A DNA stretch of 59,031 bases, counting the filler. It is 4 parts of 4 records of this genome, joined end to end, with 100 filler letters (N's around TTAATTAATTAA, not from the genome) between each part and the next. Parts side by side here need not be neighbours in the genome. Positions count along the whole stretch, not along the records: positions 7,354 to 37,453 come from SRR20825019_1125; 3 more parts are not named here. One strand, 5' to 3'. A model generated the notes under the pieces. That model worked only from the letters and a program-made list of their open reading frames with translations. It was not told the origin of the DNA and made no database searches. Both the position numbers and the translations under genes were made by a program. Shown here in pieces: positions 10,964 to 20,678 of the stretch (position 1 is the first letter of the stretch; each line of letters begins with the position of its first letter).

Positions 10964-11953
10964 TCATGATCTGAAATGCCTGATTCGGTCGAAGGCTACC
11001 GCGATAATTATGAAGGTACCTATGAACATTCCCTGCCAGAATGTCGAGATGCCGAGAAGGATCAGGGAGTTGCGGATGACCTCGATCAAGAGCGCGCCAA
11101 CGACGGCGCCGATGGCGGTGCCTTCGCCGCCGGCGAGATTGGCGCCGCCGATCACTGCGGCTGCGATGACTGTCAGCTCGAGCGCCTGACCGAGATTGGT
11201 CGTCACGCTGCCGAGCCAACCGGCCATCAGGATTCCCGTCACGCCCGCCGTGAAGGCGGAGAACATATAGATGCTGACCTTAAGGCGCTTGACCGGAATG
11301 CCCGTCAGAAGCGCTGCATTTTCATTGCTGCCGATGGCATAGACATGCTGCCCCCAACGCGTCCATTTCAACACCAGCGACATGATGACCGCGAGAAAAG
11401 TCAGGGCGTAAAGCGGATGCGGAATGCCGAGCGTGGAGCCGCCGCCGATCCACAGCAGCAGGTCGTGATCGGGTCCGAATTCCCAGATCATCTTGTTGTC
11501 CGAGAGCACCATGGCGAGCGATCGGGCGGCCGACAGCGTGCCGAGCGTGATCACGAAGGGCGGCATGCCGCCATAGGCGACCAGCACGCCGTTCACCAGC
11601 CCCACCAGAAGGGCCGCCCCCAAGGCCATGGGCGCCGCCAGCCAGAACGACAGGCCGCCAGCCATCAGCACGCTGATCACCATGGCGCTCAGCACCACGG
11701 ACGAGCCCACCGAAAGATCGATGCCGCCGGAGGCGATCACGACGGTCATGCCGATCGCGATGATGCCGACAAAGGCAAAGTTGCGGGCGACATTGAAGAG
11801 ATTTCTTTCGCTTGCGAAGGTATCGGTGAGTACGCTCAGCGCCAGGCAGGCCGCGATTGCGGCGATGAACACCCAGAACAGCTGCTGGGTCGCGATCTTG
11901 GATGCCCAGCTGCCGTGCTGGCTTCTTGATATCACATGTTCGGTCGTGGTCAT
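10964..11953 (-). CDS. Monosaccharide ABC transporter permease (RbsC-like)
   Basis: GGIDLSVGS, PPFVITLG, YAIGSNENAALLTGI, ELTVIAAAVIGG. Confidence 0.95.
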   Translation of the reverse strand: MTTTEHVISRSQHGSWASKIATQQLFWVFIAAIAACLALSVLTDTFASERNLFNVARNFAFVGIIAIGMTVVIASGGIDLSVGSSVVLSAMVISVLMAGGLSFWLAAPMALGAALLVGLVNGVLVAYGGMPPFVITLGTLSAARSLAMVLSDNKMIWEFGPDHDLLLWIGGGSTLGIPHPLYALTFLAVIMSLVLKWTRWGQHVYAIGSNENAALLTGIPVKRLKVSIYMFSAFTAGVTGILMAGWLGSVTTNLGQALELTVIAAAVIGGANLAGGEGTAIGAVVGALLIEVIRNSLILLGISTFWQGMFIGTFIIIAVAFDRIRHFRS

Positions 11954-11965
11954 CGGTCTGCCTTT

Positions 11966-12721
11966 CTATGCCGCTTCGATTGCGCCGGTGATGAGACCGG
12001 TGACTTCTTCGGGAGAGGATTGCGCCGCGGGCTTGCTGGCGACCAGTTCGCCCCGCCGCAGCACGGCAATCGTGTCGGCGACGCCGAAGACATCCGGCAT
12101 GCGGTGGCTGATCAGGATGACGCTGATGCCCTGATCCTTGAGCCGCAGAATCAGATCCAGCACCTCCTTGACCTGCCGGACCGAGATCGCCGCCGTCGGC
12201 TCGTCCATCATCACGATCTTGGGTTTTGACAACAGGGTCCGGGCGATCGCGACCGCCTGCCGCTGCCCGCCGGACATTTTCCGGACCAGATCGCGCGGAT
12301 GGGTTTCCGATTTGAGTTGGCGGAAGAGGTCGGCCGCGATCTCGCTCATCTGGCGATAGTTCAGATATTTAAGCGGCCCGACCCGGCGCATGGCTTCACG
12401 TCCGAGAAAGACGTTCGAGGCCGCCGACAGGTTATCGCAGAGCGCGAGGTCCTGATAGACGACCTCGATCCCTTCTTTCTGGGCGTCCCGCGGCTTGTGG
12501 AAGACCACGGGTTTGCCGTCGATGTGCAGCGCGCCCGCAGAGGGCGGGAAGTTGCCGGCGATGATCTTCACCAGCGTGCTCTTGCCCGCGCCATTGTCGC
12601 CCATCAGGCCCAGCACTTCTCCCGGCGCAATGTCCAGCGACACGGAAGACAGGGCCTGAATGGCTCCGTAATTCTTTGATATTCCCGACAAGACAAGTCT
12701 CGACACAACATCCCTCCCCAT
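11966..12721 (-). CDS. Sugar ABC transporter ATP-binding protein (single domain)
   Basis: GDNGAGKST, MSGGQRQ, MDEPTAA, SH switch. Confidence 0.95.
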   Translation of the reverse strand: MGRDVVSRLVLSGISKNYGAIQALSSVSLDIAPGEVLGLMGDNGAGKSTLVKIIAGNFPPSAGALHIDGKPVVFHKPRDAQKEGIEVVYQDLALCDNLSAASNVFLGREAMRRVGPLKYLNYRQMSEIAADLFRQLKSETHPRDLVRKMSGGQRQAVAIARTLLSKPKIVMMDEPTAAISVRQVKEVLDLILRLKDQGISVILISHRMPDVFGVADTIAVLRRGELVASKPAAQSSPEEVTGLITGAIEAA

Positions 12722-12852
12722 TGTTCAGCGCCTTCCGCCTCGCGCTCCCGGCTGCCTTCGCTGACGCTATAACTAAATCAATAATATCTTGACTTAATAT
12801 TATTAGTAAATAATTATCACGTCGGACACAAGGAATTATCGAGGGGTTGCGG

Positions 12853-13836
12853 ATGAAGCTGCTGGTGACCGGCGCGGCAGGAAAAGTGGGGCAGGCGTTT
12901 CTTCCTGCGTTTCTGAGCGAGCAGCGCTTCTCGCAATGGGAGGTGGTGGCGCTGTGCAACAACCGGATGATCGAAACCGATGATCGGCGGATCACCGTGA
13001 TCCGCGGTTCGATGGCGGACGAGAACGCCGTTGAACAGGCGCTGGAGGGCGTCAGCCATGTGCTGCATCTGGCAGCCGTCAAGGAATCCCCCGAACTCGC
13101 CATCAATGTCGCGCTCAAGGGGCTTTATCTGCTGCTGGATCGGTTCCGCCGGTCCGGGACCGGTCGCCAGTTCATGCTGCTCAGCGGCGATTGCGTGGTC
13201 GGCCACATTTTCCAGGGCTACGCCGCGCCGATCACGGAGGCATCGCCCCGGCGGGCCTATCCGGGGATCTACGCGCTGACCAAGGTGATGGAAGAGGTGA
13301 TGCTGGAACAGTTCGGCATCCAGCACGACCTCCGGTACACGATTCTGCGCGCGCCATGGATCATGGAGAAGGATGATTTCAGATACGCCTTCGAACTGGA
13401 CGATACCCAGTTCGGCGGTCCGCCATGGGAAACGCTGATCGACGGGACGATGCTCGAAAGCCTGCGCCGCGGCGGATTTTTTCCCGCCATGCACGATGCG
13501 GACGGCAGCTTTCTGAAGCGCAACTTCATTCATGTCGAGGATCTGGTCGCGGCGATCCTGCTGTCGATCGACAATCCGGATGCCTATGGCGAGCTGTTCA
13601 ACATCGCCATGAACGAGCCGGTCGATTACGGCGAGTTGTCATCGCTGCTCGAGACCAGCGGACGGTCGCAACGCGCCGATATTGCAACGCCGTTTCACAG
13701 CAACTGGCTGGACAACGCCAAGGCCCGCAAGGTGCTGGGCTGGAAGCCTTCGATCGGCCTTGAGGAACTCGTTGAACGTGCATGGAACTACAGGCGCGGC
13801 GAAAACGACCCGCGCATTGTCTGGTATCCCGGCTGA
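12853..13836 (+). CDS. NAD(P)-dependent epimerase/dehydratase (extended SDR)
   Basis: TGAAGKVG Rossmann motif, HLAA, YALTK (YxxxK), RNFIHVEDL; GAGGGG RBS upstream. Confidence 0.88.
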   Translation: MKLLVTGAAGKVGQAFLPAFLSEQRFSQWEVVALCNNRMIETDDRRITVIRGSMADENAVEQALEGVSHVLHLAAVKESPELAINVALKGLYLLLDRFRRSGTGRQFMLLSGDCVVGHIFQGYAAPITEASPRRAYPGIYALTKVMEEVMLEQFGIQHDLRYTILRAPWIMEKDDFRYAFELDDTQFGGPPWETLIDGTMLESLRRGGFFPAMHDADGSFLKRNFIHVEDLVAAILLSIDNPDAYGELFNIAMNEPVDYGELSSLLETSGRSQRADIATPFHSNWLDNAKARKVLGWKPSIGLEELVERAWNYRRGENDPRIVWYPG

Positions 13837-13880
13837 GGAAGGAGCCTTTGCCGGCGATTTCAAAGAGGAGGAGAACTGCA

Positions 13881-14873
13881 ATGAATATCAAGTATCTGGC
13901 AATAACCGCCCTGTCGGCGGCCATGCTTCTTGCCGGTCAGGCGGGAGCTCAGGACAAGAAGACGCTGGCGATCGTCGTCAAGGGGCTCGACAACCCGTTC
14001 TTCGAGCAGATCAATCTCGGCTGCAAGAAGTGGCTCTCCGAAAACAAGGACAGCGAATACGAGTGCCTTTACACCGGGCCTGCCTCGTCGTCAGACGAAG
14101 CCGGGGAAGTGCAGATCGTCGATGACCTGTTGACCCGTGGCGTTGCGGCGATCGCGATATCACCCTCGAACGCGCCGGCCATGGCCAACCGCATCCGCCA
14201 GATCGCGCCGGACGTGCCGGTCATGACCATCGATGCCGACTTCCTCGAGCAGGATCGCGATCTGCGCTCGACCTATCTCGGCACTGACAACTACCTGATG
14301 GGCGTCAAGATGGCTGAGGAGGCCAAAAAACTCCGCGCCGATGGCGGAACGGTCTGCCTGCAGCTCGGCAATGTCGCCGCCGACAACATCAATGCCCGTG
14401 CCCAGGGCTTCCGCGATACTATCGCGGGCGACAAGAATGTCGATCGGCTTTCCGGACAGAATGGCTGGACCGAGATCGAGGGTTGCCCGGTTTTCACCAA
14501 CGACCAGGCTGACCTCGCCAACCAGCAGATGTCGGACGTCTTTACCGCCAATCCGGATCTCGACGCCTTCATTCTGATCGGCGGCTGGGCACAGTTTGCC
14601 CCGCAGGCCTATACCCAGGTGACGGACCAGGTGATGGACAGGCTGAAATCCAAGGACCTGATCATCATTGCCGGCGACACGCTGCCGCCGCAGACCAAGG
14701 CCTTCCGCGAAGGTCGCAGCCATGTGCAGGTTGGCCAGCGTCCGTTCGAGATGGGCTATCGGGCGCCCGATGTCATGATCCAGCTGATCAATGGCGAAAC
14801 GGTCGATGATCCGCTGTTCACCGGGCTCGACGTCTGCACCGCCGATGCCCCCGGCTTCTGCGAGAACAACTGA
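13881..14873 (+). CDS. Sugar ABC transporter periplasmic binding protein 1
   Basis: Signal peptide; KGLDNPFF; PVMTIDAD; YLGTDNYLMG; GQRPFEMGY; GAGGAG RBS. Confidence 0.92.
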   Translation: MNIKYLAITALSAAMLLAGQAGAQDKKTLAIVVKGLDNPFFEQINLGCKKWLSENKDSEYECLYTGPASSSDEAGEVQIVDDLLTRGVAAIAISPSNAPAMANRIRQIAPDVPVMTIDADFLEQDRDLRSTYLGTDNYLMGVKMAEEAKKLRADGGTVCLQLGNVAADNINARAQGFRDTIAGDKNVDRLSGQNGWTEIEGCPVFTNDQADLANQQMSDVFTANPDLDAFILIGGWAQFAPQAYTQVTDQVMDRLKSKDLIIIAGDTLPPQTKAFREGRSHVQVGQRPFEMGYRAPDVMIQLINGETVDDPLFTGLDVCTADAPGFCENN

Positions 14874-15014
14874 GGCGCGGGGCGGGCGGCCTGCTTTCCA
14901 CGCGGCCGCCCGCGCTTCGCATCTATCGTCCGGCAGCGCTCTGGTTTGCGTTCCGGAATGCCATCTTCAACCTGACAAGAGCGATCCGGGAGAAGTGGGT
15001 CGCGGGAGGACATC

Positions 15015-15962
15015 ATGAAAACGACATCCGTGATCCTGGCTGCAGCGGGCTTCGCTGTAACCGCAACCACCGCAGTGGCCGACGACAAGCCGGCGCTTGC
15101 CTTCGTCGTCAATGCAGCGTCGGATTTCTGGAAGCTGGCCGAGGCGGGCGTCAACGCGGCGCAGGCCGAGCTTCCGGGCTATGAGCTGCAGTTCCGCTAT
15201 CCGGCGCAGGGCACCGCCGCCCTTCAGAACGCCCTGATGGACGATCTGGTTGCCGCCGGCACCGACGCGATCATGATCTCGTCGGCCGATCCGAAAAACT
15301 CGATCGACGCTTTCAACCGCATCGCGGCGCAGGTGCCGCTGTTCACCACCGACAGCGACGCGCCGCAATCCAACCGTATCGCCTATCTCGGGTCCTCGAA
15401 CACCGATGCCGGCGTTCAGGCCGGCGAAATCGCCGTCGGCGCCATGCCGGACGGCGGAAAATGCATGGGCTTCGTCGGCTTCCTCGGCGCGGACAATGCC
15501 AAGGAACGCATTGCCGGCTTCCGTCAGGCCGTCGAAGGCAAAGGCATAGAACTGGTGGATGTGCGCGGCGATGACGTCGATTTCGCCCGCGCCCGCTCGA
15601 ATGTCGACGACGTTCTCGCCGCCAGCCCCGACATCAACTGCATGGTGGGTTTTTATTCCTACAATCCGCCAAAGATCTACGAAGCGCTGCAGGCGGCCGG
15701 GAAGCTGGGCGAGGTCACGGTCATCGCTTTTGATGAGGACCCGATCACGCTCGGGGCCGTCCGGGAAGGCTCGTTTGCCGGCACCGTCGTCCAGGACCCC
15801 TATCAGTGGGGTTATCAGGGCATGAAGCTGATGGCTGCCTATCTCCAAGGAGACAAGTCGGAGATCCCGGCGGACGGGCTGATCATCGTTCCGACCAAGA
15901 TCATCGACAAGACCAATGTCGATGCCTTCGAGGCCGAGCTCAAGAAACGCATCAACGGCTAG
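15015..15962 (+). CDS. Sugar ABC transporter periplasmic binding protein 2
   Basis: Signal peptide; NAASDFW; TTDSDAP..RIAYLGSSN; VQDPYQWGY. Confidence 0.92.
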   Translation: MKTTSVILAAAGFAVTATTAVADDKPALAFVVNAASDFWKLAEAGVNAAQAELPGYELQFRYPAQGTAALQNALMDDLVAAGTDAIMISSADPKNSIDAFNRIAAQVPLFTTDSDAPQSNRIAYLGSSNTDAGVQAGEIAVGAMPDGGKCMGFVGFLGADNAKERIAGFRQAVEGKGIELVDVRGDDVDFARARSNVDDVLAASPDINCMVGFYSYNPPKIYEALQAAGKLGEVTVIAFDEDPITLGAVREGSFAGTVVQDPYQWGYQGMKLMAAYLQGDKSEIPADGLIIVPTKIIDKTNVDAFEAELKKRING

Positions 15963-15971
15963 AATTCGCTC

Positions 15972-16040
15972 GGGAAATGCGGTGGATCTCCAATCGCCAT
16001 CGCATTTCCCGCCCGTGCGGGCTGCCCGGCCCGCACGGGC
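15972..16040 (+). terminator. Two tandem GC-rich stem-loops after the binding-protein gene (attenuator or mRNA stabiliser)
   Basis: GGGAAATGCGGTGG/CCATCGCATTTCCC and GCCCGTGCGGGC/GCCCGCACGGGC. Confidence 0.55.
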
Positions 16041-16064
16041 CCGGAGAACTGTTTGAGGAAACGC

Positions 16065-17561
16065 ATGGCACGGATCCAAAACCCCATTTCCCTGCGGCTG
16101 GGCGGCATCACCAAGGTCTATTCCAGCGTCGTCGCCCTCAACGACGTATCCCTCAACATAAGGGGCGGCGAGGTGGTCGGGCTGATCGGTGAAAACGGCG
16201 CGGGGAAATCAACGCTGATGAAGGTGCTCGGCGGCGCGATCCGGCCGGATGAAGGCGAGATCATCATTGACGGTGTCAGCATGGCAAGCCTCACCGCGGC
16301 GCGCGCTCTGACCCATGGCATTGCTTTCGTTCACCAGGAGCTGAACACGTTTTCCAATCTCGACGTCACCGCCAACGTCATGCTGGGGCGGGAAATCCGC
16401 AGAGGCATTTTCATCGACCGCAAGGCGATGGAAGGCCGCGTCCACCCGCTGCTTGATATGCTCGGCACGCGGTTCGGGCCCTCCGATCCGGCGGCGGAAC
16501 TCTCGCTTGCCGATCAGCAATTGCTGGAAATCGCGCGGGCGCTGTCGACCAATGTCAGGCTGCTGATCCTCGATGAACCGACATCGAGCCTGACCCTGTC
16601 GGAGACGCAACGCCTGCTGAAGGTCATCCGTCTTCTGCGTGACGATGGCGTCGCCGTGCTGTTCATCACCCACCGGCTGGGCGAGGTGGAAGACGTCGCC
16701 GATCGCGTCGTTGGCCTGCGTGACGGCAGGAACGCCGGCGATCTGTGCGGAGCGGAGATCGGCAAGGAGGCCATGGTGCGCCTGATGATCGGCCGGCCGG
16801 TTTCCGAATTCTACGAAAAACCCGAACAAAACCGCGGCGAGGTCGTGCTCGAAGCGCGGGGGCTACGCACAGCCGCCTATCCGCACGAAAGCGTCGACCT
16901 TGCACTGCACGGCGGCGAAATCCTCGGCCTTGCGGGACTTGTGGGCGCAGGGCGCTCCGAGCTTGCCCGCGCCATTTTCGGCATCGATCCGATTGAAGCC
17001 GGGATTGTTACGGTGGAGGGAAAACAGGTTGCGGCGGGGTCCGTGCCGGACGCGATCAGGGCCGGGATATGTCTCGTGCCGGAGGACCGCAAGTCCGAAG
17101 GGCTCTTTCTCGACTTCGCGATCACGCAGAATATTGCAATGCCGAGCCTCGGCGTGCTGTCGCGACACGGTTTTGTCGACAGGCAGGCAGAGCATGCCCT
17201 TGCTGTCGACGCACGCCAAAAGCTCGGCATCAAGGCCGAGAGGCTTGACCGGCCCGCCGGCGAGCTCTCGGGCGGCAATCAGCAGAAGATCGTACTCGCG
17301 AAATGGCTTGCCACCCGCCCGATGGTCATCATTCTCGACGAGCCGACCCGAGGGATCGATGTCGGCGCCAAAGCCGAGGTCTATCGCCTGATGCGCGCGC
17401 TCGCCGCCGGGGGAGCGGCGCTGCTGATGATCTCGTCGGACATGGAGGAGGTGATCGGCGTTTCCAGTCGTGTCGCCGTGATGAGCCGAGGCCGCATCGC
17501 CGGAATCTTGAAACATGAGGAGCTGTCGGAGGAGAACATCCTGCGGCTTGCTGTCGGATAG
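16065..17561 (+). CDS. Sugar ABC transporter ATP-binding protein (two-domain, RbsA-like)
   Basis: GENGAGKST, LDEPTSSL, GLVGAGRSE, PEDRKSEG, LSGGNQQK, DEPTRGIDVGAK. Confidence 0.95.
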   Translation: MARIQNPISLRLGGITKVYSSVVALNDVSLNIRGGEVVGLIGENGAGKSTLMKVLGGAIRPDEGEIIIDGVSMASLTAARALTHGIAFVHQELNTFSNLDVTANVMLGREIRRGIFIDRKAMEGRVHPLLDMLGTRFGPSDPAAELSLADQQLLEIARALSTNVRLLILDEPTSSLTLSETQRLLKVIRLLRDDGVAVLFITHRLGEVEDVADRVVGLRDGRNAGDLCGAEIGKEAMVRLMIGRPVSEFYEKPEQNRGEVVLEARGLRTAAYPHESVDLALHGGEILGLAGLVGAGRSELARAIFGIDPIEAGIVTVEGKQVAAGSVPDAIRAGICLVPEDRKSEGLFLDFAITQNIAMPSLGVLSRHGFVDRQAEHALAVDARQKLGIKAERLDRPAGELSGGNQQKIVLAKWLATRPMVIILDEPTRGIDVGAKAEVYRLMRALAAGGAALLMISSDMEEVIGVSSRVAVMSRGRIAGILKHEELSEENILRLAVG

Positions 17562-17567
17562 AAGGTC

Positions 17568-18575
17568 ATGACAATGCATAGAAAAGATCTGGGGCTGGCG
17601 GTGCTGGTCGTCTGTGTCGGGGCGATCGTGGCGCTGGTCAATCCGCGCTTTCTGTCGCCGATCAACCTCGCCAATACGGCCAACCTGATCGGGCTTTTCG
17701 GGCTGTTCTCCATTGCCGAAGCCTTTGTCATCGTCACCGGCGGGATCGAGCTTTCGGTTGGCTCCGTCATTGCGCTTCTGGGCGTCATCTTTATCGACCT
17801 GATCGCAACGCACGGCGTGGCCTGGCCGGTTGCCCTTCTGATTGTTCTGGTTCTCGCTGTTTTCATCGGGCTGCTGCATGGCCTGCTGGTCACCAGGCTG
17901 AAGCTCCAGCCTTTCGTCGTCACGCTCTGCGGTCTGCTGATCTATCGCGGGATAGCCCGTTTCTACACGCGCGACGGTACGGCCGGCTTCAGCTTCGGGA
18001 GCGACTTCCCGGCGCTCGAATATCTCGTCGCCGGGCGCAGTTTCGGCGTCCCGCACTCCGTCATCGCCTTCGCCATTGTCGCCGTCATCGCCTGGTTCGT
18101 GCTGCATCGCACGGTGTTCGGCCGGCATCTTTTCGCGGTCGGCAAGAACGAGGAGGCGGCCCGCTACTCCGGCATCAATACGCGGCGCGTGATTGTCTCT
18201 GCCTATGTGCTCTGCATGCTCTTGACCGGTCTTTCCGCCATTTTCTTCGCCATGTATACGAGGTCCGTGCAGCCGGCCTCGCACGGCAATTTCTATGAGC
18301 TCTACGGTATCGCGGCGGCCGTGCTTGGCGGGTTCTCGCTGCGCGGCGGCGAGGGCTCGATCATCGGCGTGGTCCTCGGCGTCATCCTGCTTCAGATCCT
18401 GCAGAACCTGGTCAATCTTCTCGGCATCCCGTCCTCCCTGAACTTCGCGGTCATGGGCAGCGTCATTCTGGCCGGTGTGATCGCCGACACGCAGTTCTCT
18501 GCCTATCGCGAACGGCGCCGTCATCGGGCGACGATGTCTCTCGTCGACAAGGCGGCAAAGACGCCTCGGTGCTAA
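17568..18575 (+). CDS. Sugar ABC transporter permease
   Basis: GGIELSVGS, QPFVVTL, AVGKNEEAARYSGI, ELYGIAAAVLGG. Confidence 0.95.
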   Translation: MTMHRKDLGLAVLVVCVGAIVALVNPRFLSPINLANTANLIGLFGLFSIAEAFVIVTGGIELSVGSVIALLGVIFIDLIATHGVAWPVALLIVLVLAVFIGLLHGLLVTRLKLQPFVVTLCGLLIYRGIARFYTRDGTAGFSFGSDFPALEYLVAGRSFGVPHSVIAFAIVAVIAWFVLHRTVFGRHLFAVGKNEEAARYSGINTRRVIVSAYVLCMLLTGLSAIFFAMYTRSVQPASHGNFYELYGIAAAVLGGFSLRGGEGSIIGVVLGVILLQILQNLVNLLGIPSSLNFAVMGSVILAGVIADTQFSAYRERRRHRATMSLVDKAAKTPRC

Positions 18576-18859
18576 CCCTTTCTTTTCGCCCTCTATCGCT
18601 TGCGCGCAAGGGTAATATTCGCAAAAGCAACCCGCCTGTCGCGCGCGCATCTCAGCCGGGTCGAAATCGACCGAATAGAGAATCACCGCCTTGAGCGCCA
18701 TTTTTTTCTAGTGGACGATCGGCTTGGGGGGCGTTGCCGACAGCCTGAAAAGGAGGCACTTGCGCGACGTCGAAAACCAATTTGACACGTTGAATATCCC
18801 GAGATGGCCGGCGATGGTAGATGGCTCGGCTCCTTGGTTGGGCGTGCTACAAGTATTGC

Positions 18860-19003
18860 TATCGAAAATCCCGCATCCCGGCTCCCCACGCTTGCAAGCT
18901 CTGCGGATAAATCGATCAGCTTCCGGGCGACGATATGGAGAACCTCTCCCTCTTGCTGTACCCGCCCTTTGACCCCGAGCATGCCTGACCGGCGACGATA
19001 GTG
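18860..19003 (-). pseudogene. dnaE2: C-terminal remnant of error-prone DNA polymerase DnaE2 (ImuC)
   Basis: Translation RRRSGMLGVKGRVQQEGEVLHIVARKLIDLSAELASVG resembles the DnaE2 OB-fold C-terminus; no start, cut at the LysR stop. Confidence 0.7.
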
Positions 19004-19008
19004 TTTGG

Positions 19009-19929
19009 TCAGGCCTGGTCCGCAAGTGGCGTCTCGATCTTGGAGATCACCTTGCGGATGCATTCCTCGGCGAGCGTCACGGAGGTGTCGAGCGTGCTGT
19101 CCTTGCGGCGGCCGAGGCGCAATTCGTGGTTGGCGATGTCGCGGCCGTGGATCGGTACGTAGACGAGGTGGCCTTCCTTCAGGTCCTCCTCGACATCGAT
19201 GCGGCTGAGGAAGGTGATCGCTTCGCCGGTGCGGGCGATGGATTTCAGCAGTTCGATCGAATTCGAGAGAACGGTGGTGCGCAGCGGAAAGCCGGCAACG
19301 GCGAAGGCCTCGGTCACCAGATGGTTGATGGTCACGGATTCGTCCGGCAGCACGATCGGCCATTTCGCGATCTCGGCGAGCCTGAGATGCGGCCGGCTGG
19401 CGAGCGGATGGTTGTTGCTGACCACCACGCCCAGTCGGGTCGGGAATACCGTGTTGGCGGTGATGCCAGTGCCGTTCGCCCAGGCATAGGCAAGCCCCAG
19501 ATCGCATTCGCCGTTGACGAGATCGCTCTCGACGCCGGCCTCCGTCTGGCTGCGCACGGTGATCGCGATCTCGGGGTGTTCGGAGCGGAAAACCCTGAGG
19601 ATCAGCGGGATGATGCCGGCGGAAAGGCCGTGCATCGCCGAGATCCGCACGCGCTGGCCGTCGGCCCCTGCAAGTTCGCTCAACCGTTTCTTCATACGCG
19701 CGCTGTCGCGAAGCGTCTGGCGGATGTGGGCGACCACGACCTCGCCGGCGGCGGTCACCTTCATGCCGCCGGAGTGGCGGATGAACAGGGGCGTGCCGAT
19801 CTCCGCCTCGAGCTGGATGATTCGACGATTTATCGACGACGCGGAAACGTTGAGGACATCGGCCGCCGCGCGGATCGAACCGCGCCGGGCGACCTCGTCG
19901 ATTTGTGACAGCAGGCTTGAGTGAAGCAT
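19009..19929 (-). CDS. LysR-family transcriptional regulator
   Basis: EVARRGSIRAAADVLNVSASSINRRIIQLEAEIGTPLFIR HTH; divergent from the TRAP operon. Confidence 0.95.
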   Translation of the reverse strand: MLHSSLLSQIDEVARRGSIRAAADVLNVSASSINRRIIQLEAEIGTPLFIRHSGGMKVTAAGEVVVAHIRQTLRDSARMKKRLSELAGADGQRVRISAMHGLSAGIIPLILRVFRSEHPEIAITVRSQTEAGVESDLVNGECDLGLAYAWANGTGITANTVFPTRLGVVVSNNHPLASRPHLRLAEIAKWPIVLPDESVTINHLVTEAFAVAGFPLRTTVLSNSIELLKSIARTGEAITFLSRIDVEEDLKEGHLVYVPIHGRDIANHELRLGRRKDSTLDTSVTLAEECIRKVISKIETPLADQA

Positions 19930-20172
19930 ATTGCTCTGTTTTCCGGCGATTTGTTGAAACTTATCAATAAGCGTACGCTTTTTGTGCACGTTGGTCTCGC
20001 AAAAAAACGCTCGATCAACGCGGAACTTCGCCCGTAAGGTTTTCCGCAAGAGCCGACGTCTTTCGATCATCGGCCGAGGGAACAATCAGCCATCGCCGCA
20101 AGCGCATGGACCCCGTGGCACAAGCCTGCCCGGACGCCCCCGCATGCGCGATCGCGGGAGAAGGAGCCTGAA

Positions 20173-20676
20173 TTGAGAGAGATTGCCGGCAAACTTTCAT
20201 CGGCGCTGAACAGGGTGGTCGACGCCGTCGTCGTGGTTCTGCTCGCGGCCCTGGTGCTCGATGTCTGGATCGGTGTGATGGATCGCTATCTGTTCCACTG
20301 GCAGTTCAACTGGCCGGAGATCATGGCCCGCTACCTGATGATCTGGGTGGCGCTTCTTGCCATTTCCTGCGGCATCGCAAGGCGGGATCACATCGGGCTG
20401 ACGATCCTGATCGACCGCTTTCCCGAGACGCTGCGGCGCGGCGTGCTCATCGGCTGCGACCTGCTGGCGCTGGCGCTGTTCGTCTGGACCTTTATCTACG
20501 GCCTGCAATTCGCAATCAGCGGGGCCTCTCGCTTCGCGATGATCTTCGGCATGTCGATGGCGCCGGCCTTTGCGGCCGTGCCGACCGCGGCGGCGCTCGC
20601 CTCGGTGCAACTCGCGCTCTGTCTGGTGCGCGATGCCGGGCGCTACGCCATCCAGGATCAGGCGGGGGAGGTCTGA
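20173..20676 (+). CDS. dctQ: TRAP transporter small permease (DctQ)
   Basis: 4 TM; WPEIMARYLMIW; HIGL; AAGGAG RBS before TTG. Confidence 0.9.
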   Translation: MREIAGKLSSALNRVVDAVVVVLLAALVLDVWIGVMDRYLFHWQFNWPEIMARYLMIWVALLAISCGIARRDHIGLTILIDRFPETLRRGVLIGCDLLALALFVWTFIYGLQFAISGASRFAMIFGMSMAPAFAAVPTAAALASVQLALCLVRDAGRYAIQDQAGEV

Positions 20677-20678
20677 TC

